A stretch of 64,000 nucleotides of DNA from Candidatus Omnitrophota bacterium (GCA_041649175.1 JBAZNR010000001.1:450332-514331); one strand, 5' to 3'. Positions 18,124 to 27,297 are shown, counted from the stretch's first letter. Translations and numbers: made by a program. Notes: generated by a model not told the origin, from the sequence alone.

Positions 18124-19623
18124 TCAGTTTCCCGTGTGGCAATCGGTGCAATTCATTTCTTTCCAGCTTTCATCTTCATTGAATGGATGGCGAAACGTTA
18201 AACCATCCGTGCTTTTTTCTATGGATGAAGCCGTGCCCTGCTCAATGATGGAGTGGCAGCTATTGCAGTTTTTGGTAATTGTTTTACCGCTTGCGGCCGC
18301 ATGTTGATCGTCGTGACAGCGAAAACATCCCGGAGAAACCAAATGCCCGATATTATCCGGATAAATATCCCATCGTGCTTTTCGTTCCGGAAAAATATTA
18401 TTTTTAAATAAAATAACGATCTCGTCGGCGGACTTTTTAATATCTTCTTGATGTGATTGATAAAATTCGGGGTGTTTATTTTGATAATATTCCAGAATCG
18501 TTTTAGGAATAGCCTGGAGCGCTTCTTGTTCGGTTTTATACGGCTTAGATAGAACTTCCATGGCTTTACTTTTGATCGATGGGATCTGTGGGTTTATTTT
18601 GCCGTCATTCATCGCCCGATTGATCAAGTCAAATGGAGGTTCAAAGCGATGCGAGGGGCGATTATGACAATCCATGCAATCCATCTTGCGCACAAGGCTT
18701 TGAGGCGGTTCTTTATCTTTATAGGGCGAATCGGGCGTTGTAAAGATCTCTTCTTTGCCGTCTTTGCCAATAGTTTTAACCCAAGAGATCACCTGGCGTT
18801 TTTGATCATCGGCCACGTAATAAACATCCTGATCAACATACATATGCGAATGAATGCCGTAATCTTTCTTTTCGTCCCGGCCGACGTGGATCAGCATACG
18901 CAAAGACCACGGGTCGGGCTGGTCGGCTTCCGTGGAACGGTATGTCCGGCGCAGTTCCACAGAACTATAGAATTTTCCCGGCCAGTGGCATTGTTCGCAT
19001 GTTTCTGCCGATGGACGCAAGTTTTGGACCGGCGTGGGAATAGGTTTGGCATAATCATTTTTTATGGTGTGATAAACTTGGCGCAAGCCGGAAAGTTTTG
19101 ATTTTACGTACCAGTTGGCGCCAGGCCCGATGTGGCATTCCACGCATTTAACGCGAGCATGCGGCGAATTAAGATAGGTAGCATATTCGGGTTTCATCAC
19201 ATCGTGACAGGTCACTCCGCAAAAATGGACCGATTCGGTATAGTGAAACGCCTTATAAGAACCGATAATGGTCATCACCATTAAAATGGATGTTCCGATC
19301 AGAAAAACAAAAATAGCATTGCGGTGAGTGGGAATAGCGGGATCAATGAAAAGCGTTTTGGGCGCGGATTCTGAAATTCCTTTTAAAATTCGCTTGTGTT
19401 TCCAGGCTGCCCCCAAAGGAATTAAGATAAGCCCTAAAATAAGAAAGGGCGGGAGAAAAACATAGGTGAGAATGCCTAAATAAAAATTAGCGCCGTTGGT
19501 AAAGAAATCAATGCCGAACAGAAGGCATTCGATAATAAATACCAGAAGCGCTAAGGCAACACCGCCGTAAGTTATGCGGTTATAAAAATAATCGGAAAAT
19601 TTATGTTTCTTTTCTGTGGGCAT
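18124..19623 (-). CDS. ImcH-like inner-membrane multihaem c-type cytochrome (3 N-terminal TM helices, NapC/NirT-like region, 7 CXXCH)
   Basis: 499 aa. Three predicted TM helices are followed by CGVTCH, CVECH, CEQCH, CMDCH, CFRCH, CNSCH and CTDCH. The architecture matches the Geobacter ImcH description. Confidence 0.75.
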   Translation of the reverse strand: MPTEKKHKFSDYFYNRITYGGVALALLVFIIECLLFGIDFFTNGANFYLGILTYVFLPPFLILGLILIPLGAAWKHKRILKGISESAPKTLFIDPAIPTHRNAIFVFLIGTSILMVMTIIGSYKAFHYTESVHFCGVTCHDVMKPEYATYLNSPHARVKCVECHIGPGANWYVKSKLSGLRQVYHTIKNDYAKPIPTPVQNLRPSAETCEQCHWPGKFYSSVELRRTYRSTEADQPDPWSLRMLIHVGRDEKKDYGIHSHMYVDQDVYYVADDQKRQVISWVKTIGKDGKEEIFTTPDSPYKDKEPPQSLVRKMDCMDCHNRPSHRFEPPFDLINRAMNDGKINPQIPSIKSKAMEVLSKPYKTEQEALQAIPKTILEYYQNKHPEFYQSHQEDIKKSADEIVILFKNNIFPERKARWDIYPDNIGHLVSPGCFRCHDDQHAAASGKTITKNCNSCHSIIEQGTASSIEKSTDGLTFRHPFNEDESWKEMNCTDCHTGN

Positions 19624-19646
19624 ATTTTATTACGTAGAAATTCTTT

Positions 19647-19705
19647 AAAAGGTGCTTTGGCGCGGCCTTATAAAGCCGCGCCAAAGCACCTTCTTTTTCT
19701 ATTTT
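19647..19705. terminator. Bidirectional rho-independent-terminator-like hairpin (19-bp perfect stem) between the beta-barrel gene and the ImcH-like gene
   Basis: The sequence aaaaggtgctttggcgcggc-cttataaa-gccgcgccaaagcacctt is followed by a T-run (ctttttctattttt) on the plus strand and by an A/T-rich tract on the minus strand. Confidence 0.45.
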
Positions 19706-19728
19706 TATTCTAACAACGTTTTTTTATT

Positions 19729-21783
19729 TTACCACGTAAACTTTGTATCCAACCAAACAACATGGGCGCTGTAGTTTCCGTAGCCGTCCGTTGCAAAAAG
19801 ATCACCCGGATTTGCCTTATAGGAATAGTATCCGTAATGAGGTTCCAGCGTAAGATCTTTTTTAGGAGACCACCTTGCTCCTAACGTAATATCGTACGCT
19901 TCGCTATTGACCCCATACGGCATACCAACCCACCCATGAGAATCGAAATCGTTAGTTGTCGAATATTGAGCGCTGCTATAAAAACTCAAATTTTCTTTAG
20001 GCGCGTAACTGGTTGATAAAAGCAACGTATAGACATCGGCAACATAAACAGGAACTCCTCCGCCGCTTACGGCCGTTTGCGATGCCGGCGTTGAGACTTT
20101 GAACTGATTTAACGACGCCCCAACATTAAACATCCACTCATCCAAAGGCTGCACAGAAATATCGTAAGTATACACCCTTGAATTGGCATTGCTTTTGATC
20201 CAATCTCTTTGCGGCGTTACAACAGGAGTCGATTGAACTTGGTAAACCGTATCAGCTAACTGCACGCGGAAAGAATTCTGAAACCATTTGGTCGGCTTCC
20301 AAACAAGCCGATTGTTCCACTCATCTGATTTGGTCCGAATCCTTGAAATACTCACCGCATTGTCATTATTTTGATATATGTCGTAGGTGTTGCGGTCCGA
20401 CTTGAGTCTAACATTCGAAGTCATATTGACCTTATTATTAAAAACATAACGAATGCCCATGACCCCTGTCGATTCAGGATTAGTATCTAAATACTCCGTA
20501 TAGCTCGTTCCCAGAGCAGCTTTTGAATTCCAGCTTCGCGTCTGTTGAAAATCCCAATCCGTATAAAGACTGGTTTTAGACCAACCAGTATAATTCAAAG
20601 AGAGTGATTCGCCGGTGCGGGTTATCTGATTTTCGGTAACATCCGCCTTATTGGAACCACTTAAAAACCCTTGCCTAAAACCAAAACCGGTTGAAGCAAT
20701 AATTTCTTGTTTCAATTTTGTACTGAAGTTTAGATCCGGTGTCAAATTCGTGGCAAAATGCTCAACCCAAGAATGTGAATCGCGGCTAGCCCATCCATCC
20801 ACAACACCATTATGACTGCTTCCCGTAGGAAGGCCTGTTGTTGAATCAAAGGCTAAGATCGTTTCCAGCATGTCGCTCTTTGAATTCTGGAATTGATAGC
20901 CAAAAGAAACATATGTTTTGTCATTCATCATCCAGCGATCTGCCCTCAGCGATGAAACTAATTGCTTGGATCTGGGTTCTTGTGTGGTGCGAACATATTC
21001 CGTGCTGTCATTATCTTCCCTCATCGTGCGTCCTGAATAAAACTCAGCTTTTTGCTTGCCCTTAACGTTAAATCCGGCAACATTCACATTTCCTTTGATC
21101 TCGATAGCATCGATGGCCGTTGAGACGTCTTGCCAGGCAGGGTTTATTTTACGAGTAACTCCTTCAACAACATCGCCCCACGTTAGCCTGCTTTTTGTTC
21201 CTTCTTTGGTATCACGCCGATAGCTTAAGGCTATCCCGGGTTCGCTTTCAACATTGCTTCCTGCTTCAAAAAAGAAATGCCCTATATCCAATGCCGGATC
21301 GAGGGGTAATTTAGAAATAGACTGTCCTCCGAAATTGGTATAAAAACCTCCATAAACATCATACCATTTGCGAAAATTCCCATAATCCAACGTCACGTAG
21401 TTGCCGTTACCCTTAACAAGATTAAGATTAGCGTCAAAATCATTGTCACCAGAAATGACGTGTCCCTGAAAAGACAAGTGGTCACCATTACCCAGATCAC
21501 CCTCAAAGGTCATATCTTTAATTCCGGTGGCTGTCCCGTCATTCATCCAATTTAAAGCACGGAATTTCGCCGCATCTCCTTTGACGCTGACATAACGAAG
21601 AGGCATAAATTCAAAATTGTCCAATTTAAACTTTTGAGTAAAATCGCTGATGTCCTGATTGAACAACTTTTTTAAGGTTTCCGTTAATGTGCCGGCAAAA
21701 ACATTTGTTTGGCCCAAGCCAAAAACCAGCATAAAGATCGTCAGCAGGACCGGGCTGAAATCCTTTAAAATATGTTTTTTCAT
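19729..21783 (-). CDS. Large outer-membrane beta-barrel protein, MtrB/PioB/MtoB-like porin partner of the upstream multihaem cytochrome
   Basis: The ORF track gives 19729..21828 with a TTG start. The likely start is the ATG at 21781-21783 (MKKHILKDFSPVLLTIFMLVFGLGQTNVFAG, a signal peptide) with SD AAGGAGGTG. The mature protein is ~660 aa, Cys-free, and has a pervasive amphipathic beta-strand pattern. It ends in the C-terminal aromatic 'TKFTW'. Its position is immediately downstream of an MtrA-family cytochrome. Confidence 0.7.
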   Translation of the reverse strand: MKKHILKDFSPVLLTIFMLVFGLGQTNVFAGTLTETLKKLFNQDISDFTQKFKLDNFEFMPLRYVSVKGDAAKFRALNWMNDGTATGIKDMTFEGDLGNGDHLSFQGHVISGDNDFDANLNLVKGNGNYVTLDYGNFRKWYDVYGGFYTNFGGQSISKLPLDPALDIGHFFFEAGSNVESEPGIALSYRRDTKEGTKSRLTWGDVVEGVTRKINPAWQDVSTAIDAIEIKGNVNVAGFNVKGKQKAEFYSGRTMREDNDSTEYVRTTQEPRSKQLVSSLRADRWMMNDKTYVSFGYQFQNSKSDMLETILAFDSTTGLPTGSSHNGVVDGWASRDSHSWVEHFATNLTPDLNFSTKLKQEIIASTGFGFRQGFLSGSNKADVTENQITRTGESLSLNYTGWSKTSLYTDWDFQQTRSWNSKAALGTSYTEYLDTNPESTGVMGIRYVFNNKVNMTSNVRLKSDRNTYDIYQNNDNAVSISRIRTKSDEWNNRLVWKPTKWFQNSFRVQLADTVYQVQSTPVVTPQRDWIKSNANSRVYTYDISVQPLDEWMFNVGASLNQFKVSTPASQTAVSGGGVPVYVADVYTLLLSTSYAPKENLSFYSSAQYSTTNDFDSHGWVGMPYGVNSEAYDITLGARWSPKKDLTLEPHYGYYSYKANPGDLFATDGYGNYSAHVVWLDTKFTW

Positions 21784-21805
21784 TGAGTTCACCTCCTTTA
21801 TTTTT

Positions 21806-22567
21806 TTATTCACGTAAATGCCGATCAAAATATGACCCGTGTGGTGCTGTATGACATCCGGCGCTCCAACATGATCCTTGAAGATTGCGTGTATTATGAT
21901 TACTGTTTCCTATTCTAGGAAAGTTTGCTTGGACGTGACAACGCAAACACAAATTGTTATCTCTGGCAACCAACATTTTATCCGTAATAGACCCATGAAC
22001 CTTATGACAGCTCGTGCATCCATCGCGTAAGGCCTGATGCTCCCACGGAAACGGTCCTTGCTGGTCTTTATGGCATTTAAAACAAGTTTCATTGACATCT
22101 TCCATGCTGGTCGCTGTCCATGGCCGGCTGTCACTGCCATGCGCATTATGGCAATCAGAACAGCTCATTTTTCCTTCCAGGACAGGATGACGATAAGGAA
22201 GTTTGAATTCCATCTTTTTTTCCGTATGACAGGTAAAACAGGCTTCCGGATTTTTGTCGGGATTAACCATCGTTCCTCTGCCGCCGCCGTTTTCAACGTG
22301 AATACTGCCCGGGCCATGGCACATTTCGCACCCTTGGGCCTCGATCTCATCTCCTTTTACTTCTATCCTGGAATGAGTTGAAAGTTGATACTCTCGATTT
22401 TCTTTTTCATGGCACGAGGCGCACGTTTCGCTGCCAACGTAGGTAGCGCCTTTCATGCTGGGAAGAATATTGTTCATCTCCTGTGCCGCTTCAACCCTTA
22501 ATCCAAAAAATAATAGCGACAAAACACCAAGAATCTGGCAAATCCTTAAAAGCCATTTTCCGGCCAT
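21806..22567 (-). CDS. Periplasmic multihaem c-type cytochrome of the MtrA/MtoA/PioA/DmsE family (7 CXXCH + 1 CX4CH)
   Basis: The start is the ATG at 22565-22567 (signal peptide MAGKWLLRICQILGVLSLLFFGLRVEAAQE) with SD AAGGAGGG. The ORF-track N-extension overlaps the upstream gene. The motifs SCSDCHNAHGS, ETCFKCHKDQQGPFPWEHQ, GCTSCHKVHGS, LCLRCHVQ and SCWSAGCHTAPHGS align with conserved MtrA blocks (TCSDCHNPHGS, DTCYSCHAEKRGPKLWEHA, NCVTCHNPHGS, LCQQCHAS, SCLNCHSQVHGS). Confidence 0.8.
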   Translation of the reverse strand: MAGKWLLRICQILGVLSLLFFGLRVEAAQEMNNILPSMKGATYVGSETCASCHEKENREYQLSTHSRIEVKGDEIEAQGCEMCHGPGSIHVENGGGRGTMVNPDKNPEACFTCHTEKKMEFKLPYRHPVLEGKMSCSDCHNAHGSDSRPWTATSMEDVNETCFKCHKDQQGPFPWEHQALRDGCTSCHKVHGSITDKMLVARDNNLCLRCHVQANFPRIGNSNHNTRNLQGSCWSAGCHTAPHGSYFDRHLRE

Positions 22568-22624
22568 AAGACAACCCTCCTTTTTTCGTAAATCTGAAAT
22601 TTGATTTATGATAACTGTTGTCAT

Positions 22625-22897
22625 TTATTGGGTCGCCTCCGGGGCCTTGCCAACTTTTTGATATGTTTCAGCCGTCGGTTGCGGATTTTCTTTAATAACC
22701 TTTTGGCCATATTCGCTCAACTCATGCATGCCGTCATCTTTTTTTGGCATTTTATCGGTATGGCAGGCAATGCATTTAGGTGATTCTCCGGGAAAAGCCT
22801 CTTTATATACTTTGATCTCTTTCATATCAGCTTGCGCCGCAACAGCCCATCCTAGAATAATAACAGCGGTTAAAAGAAATAAGTGTTGATGTTTCAT
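22625..22897 (-). CDS. Small periplasmic monohaem cytochrome c (MtoD-like position)
   Basis: 90 aa. A signal peptide (…GWAVAAQA) is followed by a single CIACH. SD GGGAGGAAGG is present. It lies immediately upstream of the MtrA-like gene, with only a 1-nt gap. Confidence 0.75.
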   Translation of the reverse strand: MKHQHLFLLTAVIILGWAVAAQADMKEIKVYKEAFPGESPKCIACHTDKMPKKDDGMHELSEYGQKVIKENPQPTAETYQKVGKAPEATQ

Positions 22898-22929
22898 TGT
22901 GCCTTCCTCCCTTAAAGATTATGAAAAGA

Positions 22930-24522
22930 TTATGATGTTTTTAAACTTTTCCTTATGCCGACAAAGGCAAAAAAAGCCGCCTCAAAAATAAGATAATAAA
23001 CGATCCAAGCGCTTTGACCCGCGCCAAAACCATAGCTATGCAGGCCCTTTCCTAAAATAAAATTCACACCGTACCATGTCATAAGAACTAAAAGAAATCC
23101 CAAAATAGCGCCGACAGCCAAGGCCTTATTGCTTAATTTTCCGGCGTGACGAAAATGAACAATGACCATATATCCTAAAAAGGTAATGAGCGCCCAGGTT
23201 TCTTTAGGATCCCATCCCCAAAACCGCCCCCAGGATTCATTAGCCCAAACGCCGCCTAAGATCGTTCCGATCCCAAGAGCGATCAACCCTGCCTGCAGTA
23301 AACGATTAATCATATGCGCCGAAACGGCTTCGCTATTTTCGGAAAACTTTCCTAAAGCGTTTAAGAAAAGATGCCGGTGGCCTAAGGCCATGGCGAGCCC
23401 AAAAATACCATAACTGGAAACGATCGTTAACACATGAATGGCCAGCCAATAATTGCTTTTGAGAACCGGGACTAAAACATCCAAAGATTTTTCTACCGGG
23501 AGAAGGTCGGCAAAGATCATGACCAAAGCCCCGGTTAAAGCCGCCACCGATAAAACGAAATATTGCTTTTTAGATAAAAAGAAAATAAAGGCACCGGCCA
23601 CTAAGATCCAATTCATAAAAATGATCGACTCATACATGTTGGACACCGGTGGACGCCCTAAAATAATAACCCTCAGCAAAAGCCCCGCTGAATGAAATAA
23701 AAATCCAGCTAAAACCAGCGTAACGCCTGTCATGCGCAATAAAGATTTCGAACTGAAAAAAGATACAAAAATAAAAGCGATCAGATATAAAACCCATGCC
23801 CACAAAAAAGGTTTGAGCTGATAATAAATATTTTCCAGGTAGACATAAGGCGCGAATACTTCCGGCGAATGCCGTTCAATATCTCTGCTCCACTGCCCGG
23901 CGAGCCCAACAAAATCTAAAGATCCCTTGGAATATAAAAGTGTCAGGACCCTGAAATTTTCTGCCAGTAATCCGGACGTCTTATAAGGAGATTCCCATTC
24001 TAAAGTGGCCGTGGGAATGGTTTTAATATATTCTTGCGCAGCCAGATCATCGACGGTTAAAAGGCGCGTATAAAGCAATTCGGCCGCTTGCTCCGTAGAC
24101 GTAAGCGTTAATTCGCGTTGGCGTTTGTCTTTCGCGCTTTGGATCAGCGTCAATAATAGAGGAACACAGCTTTTAAGCTCTCGATAGGAGAAATATTTCT
24201 TATCCGCGGAAAGGTCGACGGCTTTTTTTAATTCCAGATGATCGACGCGGATAAATGGAATTTCCAGAAACTTCTTCGGATCATGAAGATTTTTAAAAAT
24301 AACCGAAACAGCCGGCTCTTGACCCCAGGTTTCTTTCCCGGAAATAAGCCGCAAGGTTTCCCGGGAAAAAACATCGAATGATTTAATGCGCCCGTTATGC
24401 TGAATGGGAATTTTCCCGGCGGCGCGAGGCATTACATCGGTTGCGCCACAAGAACAAAGCGAAAAACATATTGTTCCCAGGGCCATCAAACATAAAGCAC
24501 TTTTTTTGATTCTCGTTACCAT
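22930..24522 (-). CDS. ccsA: Cytochrome c biogenesis protein CcsA/ResC (system II haem-handling, WWD domain) with N-terminal periplasmic extension
   Basis: 530 aa. The tryptophan-rich WWD motif 'WGRFWGWDPKETWALITFLGY' is present, with conserved His residues in flanking TM helices. Confidence 0.85.
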   Translation of the reverse strand: MVTRIKKSALCLMALGTICFSLCSCGATDVMPRAAGKIPIQHNGRIKSFDVFSRETLRLISGKETWGQEPAVSVIFKNLHDPKKFLEIPFIRVDHLELKKAVDLSADKKYFSYRELKSCVPLLLTLIQSAKDKRQRELTLTSTEQAAELLYTRLLTVDDLAAQEYIKTIPTATLEWESPYKTSGLLAENFRVLTLLYSKGSLDFVGLAGQWSRDIERHSPEVFAPYVYLENIYYQLKPFLWAWVLYLIAFIFVSFFSSKSLLRMTGVTLVLAGFLFHSAGLLLRVIILGRPPVSNMYESIIFMNWILVAGAFIFFLSKKQYFVLSVAALTGALVMIFADLLPVEKSLDVLVPVLKSNYWLAIHVLTIVSSYGIFGLAMALGHRHLFLNALGKFSENSEAVSAHMINRLLQAGLIALGIGTILGGVWANESWGRFWGWDPKETWALITFLGYMVIVHFRHAGKLSNKALAVGAILGFLLVLMTWYGVNFILGKGLHSYGFGAGQSAWIVYYLIFEAAFFAFVGIRKSLKTS

Positions 24523-24533
24523 ATTTTTATTCC

Positions 24534-26246
24534 TTACGCGTTTTCCGGCCTTCGTGAAAACGGCTTAACATAAAATTGTAGAAAAGCTCCGGCAAAAATA
24601 ATGATCGAACTAGTATAGATAAGGCTAATGCCGGGATTTTTGGCAATGGTAAAAACAGATCCTTCTTTTTCATTAGGGTTTTGCATGAACGAAGATTGAA
24701 AGATGCGAAATCCCCGGTAATCAAACGGTTGATTCATGGCGATCGTCTTCTCCAGGCGAATATTTTCCTGTTGGTCTTCCACGGTCACATCACTTTCAAA
24801 CGATGCCGGACGGTTCGTTCCGGGATAATCTACTTTTCGAAAATCTTTAAGCGTCAAAGAGAAGGGCACTTGTTTTTGCGCCGGAATAATAGATACGAAA
24901 AGATCGTTCTGTCCGACAGAGATCTTTTTTTCTTCCCCTTCTAATACCCATATTGGAGAATTCCCGTTTTGATGATTGATGACGACCTTGGCGGCCAATG
25001 CGCCCTCACCGGGAACATCCACGGCGGTTATCTCATGGGAAACCAAGGCATGCGTATATAATTTTTCAACCCGCGCTAACATATCTGCCCACCCTAATTC
25101 GATAGTTTCCCCGGAATGAACAGCTCCTTTTTTTATGATCTCCTGCGCGGACATAGATTGGTATTGAAATTTTCCATCGGGATCAATGAAAAAATTTAAA
25201 GAAGGCCCGCCATAGGATTGCTCTTCCTTAGCGCCGGGAACATCAAGATCGATGACAATATCAAATTCATTTTGAGATGTTTGATGATGCATCGATTCAA
25301 AATCAGGAAACAAGGCAAATCGAATGTAATGACGTGCTCGCCCTTGGCCGTCTACCGCGTCAAATTCAACCGCCGGATTAAGAGAACCGCTTTGAGGCGC
25401 ATTGACCAGCTTGTGTTCGGAAACTCTGGCATACGGATAATACTGAAGCCCTTTGATGGTCAATCCTTTTTGCTTCAACGGAATTTCTTTAGGCGCCGGC
25501 TGATTAAGATCAAGGACCGTTAATATTTCCCCGGATTTTTCCGCGATCGTTAATGTCGGGCTTTGCGTGGAAATTTTTTCTTCTTTTTTTCCTAAAGAAA
25601 CCTTTAAAGGCCCAAAAAACTGCACGGCAGAAGACAAATGCCCTTGATCGCCTTCGATAAGCCAAAACGCCTGATCAACTCCCATCGACGGGCTTTTTAA
25701 GGTGACCTGTAAGGCATTTTGAGCCGGATTTTGAACGGTTCCTTCTCGGACGATCAGTTGGGGCGCGGCATGTTCGATAATATCTTTCACGATCATCGTT
25801 TCGTTCTTTTCAGCACCGTTTAAAATATGTTCACCCTTGCGTAGATCAAAAACATGTTCAGCCTTGCCGGGCACAACCACACTAAGACTGTATCCGCCGA
25901 GCCTTATTGTATTGGCTGTTTCTCCTTCTCGTAAAGCCATCTGGCCTTCAACGGCCAACAAACGCGTCAACAAAGACCCTAAAAGCAATCCTAAAATACC
26001 AATATGAGTAATGAGAAATCCTGTGTGATACTTTTTAAAAGGAATTCTCAAGATCGTTGAACAAAAGATATTGATCCAAAGCAAAGATAAAAGTGCGTCA
26101 AACCATTTCGTTTGATAAAAAGTTTTCTGAGCGAACGGTGTTCCGTGCATCGATTCCATAACGGTTGCCACGATCAAAAGCGCCATTAAGCTCGCACAAA
26201 TAAAAGCCGTAAAAGAAAGGGATCCTAATTTTTTAACGAGCCACAT
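24534..26246 (-). CDS. ccsB: Cytochrome c biogenesis protein ResB/CcsB/Ccs1 (system II)
   Basis: The N-terminus has TM helices and a conserved His (…VMESMHGTPFAQKTFY…), followed by a large periplasmic domain and a C-terminal TM. The likely start is the ATG at 26244-26246 (MWLVKKLG…) with a GGAG SD. The ORF-track extension to 26288 overlaps hemA. Confidence 0.85.
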   Translation of the reverse strand: MWLVKKLGSLSFTAFICASLMALLIVATVMESMHGTPFAQKTFYQTKWFDALLSLLWINIFCSTILRIPFKKYHTGFLITHIGILGLLLGSLLTRLLAVEGQMALREGETANTIRLGGYSLSVVVPGKAEHVFDLRKGEHILNGAEKNETMIVKDIIEHAAPQLIVREGTVQNPAQNALQVTLKSPSMGVDQAFWLIEGDQGHLSSAVQFFGPLKVSLGKKEEKISTQSPTLTIAEKSGEILTVLDLNQPAPKEIPLKQKGLTIKGLQYYPYARVSEHKLVNAPQSGSLNPAVEFDAVDGQGRARHYIRFALFPDFESMHHQTSQNEFDIVIDLDVPGAKEEQSYGGPSLNFFIDPDGKFQYQSMSAQEIIKKGAVHSGETIELGWADMLARVEKLYTHALVSHEITAVDVPGEGALAAKVVINHQNGNSPIWVLEGEEKKISVGQNDLFVSIIPAQKQVPFSLTLKDFRKVDYPGTNRPASFESDVTVEDQQENIRLEKTIAMNQPFDYRGFRIFQSSFMQNPNEKEGSVFTIAKNPGISLIYTSSIIIFAGAFLQFYVKPFSRRPENA

Positions 26247-27297
26247 AGGATTTCTCCGATGGATTAAGCTTTGATGCTTCTGCGACACGAATTTTTTCTA
26301 TTTTGGCGTAAAATTCATCAATTTTTTTAGCGATGATCTTTTCAACCTCTTCAACCGCCAAGCGGCGGCGGGCAATATTATGCTCCACGGCTTTATCGAG
26401 ATCGTCGACGGATAACAAAGAAACATTTTCTATAAAAGCAATATCAGGATGAATATTGCGCGGCATAGAGATATCGATCAAAACTAACTTTTGTTTCGCG
26501 CGTGCCGGCATAATTTGATCGATCAGGTCTTTTTCTAAAAGATACTGCGGAGCGCTGGCCGAACAAATGCAGACATCAACTTTGGCCAGGATATTTTTAA
26601 GCTCAAGGAAGGAAACCGCTTCGGCGCCAAATTCATTGGCCACGGCGCAGGAATTTTCATGTGTACGGCTCATGACATAAATCTTACTGGCGCCTTTTTC
26701 TTTTAGATGGCTCACCGCCAAATGCCCCATTTTCCCGGCGCCGATGATCAAAACAGATTTATCCTGAAGGGTCCCCAATAAATGTTGCGCCATCGTGACC
26801 GCCGCCCAGCTGACCGATGACCCACCGCAACCGATGGCCGTTTCACTCTGAGCTTTTTTCCCGGCGCGAATAACGATCTGGGACAGAACATTGAATTCTT
26901 TTTGCAGCATTGCTTTGGCGCGGGACAATTCTACCGCTTCTTTGATTTGCCCTAACACTTGTTTTTCTCCTAAGATCAGAGAATCAGCTCCCGTTGAAAC
27001 GCGTAAAAAATGCTCCAGCGCTTCTTTGCCCTGATAGGAATAAAAATATTTCTGAACATCCGTCCCCATAGAGATCTTTTTGATACGGCAAAGATGGTCG
27101 AGCAAAATACCAACATTCTCGTCGATAAGATGAGCGCAGATTTCCGTGCGGTTGCAGGTCGAAAGAACAATGGCTTCTATAATACGAGGATCGTTTTTAA
27201 ATTCATTAAGCAAAAGCGTGCGTTCATTTAAATTGAGATGGAACTTTTCCCGTATCTCGATAGGTGCTGTCTTATGATTAATTCCGCAAAGGATCAT
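26233..27297 (-). CDS. hemA: Glutamyl-tRNA reductase
   Basis: The likely start is the ATG at 27295-27297 (MILCGINHKTAPIEIREKF…), aligning with the canonical HemA N-terminus. The catalytic 'LSTCNRTE' and the NADP-binding 'LIIGAGKMG' are present. The ORF-track N-extension (to 27462) is non-homologous. Confidence 0.85.
   Translation of the reverse strand: MILCGINHKTAPIEIREKFHLNLNERTLLLNEFKNDPRIIEAIVLSTCNRTEICAHLIDENVGILLDHLCRIKKISMGTDVQKYFYSYQGKEALEHFLRVSTGADSLILGEKQVLGQIKEAVELSRAKAMLQKEFNVLSQIVIRAGKKAQSETAIGCGGSSVSWAAVTMAQHLLGTLQDKSVLIIGAGKMGHLAVSHLKEKGASKIYVMSRTHENSCAVANEFGAEAVSFLELKNILAKVDVCICSASAPQYLLEKDLIDQIMPARAKQKLVLIDISMPRNIHPDIAFIENVSLLSVDDLDKAVEHNIARRRLAVEEVEKIIAKKIDEFYAKIEKIRVAEASKLNPSEKSYVAR

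Noticed and set aside
24527-24724. 65-aa ORF overlapping the 3' end of resB/ccsB
   Set aside because: It is in a different frame from the well-supported ResB C-terminus and is likely spurious.
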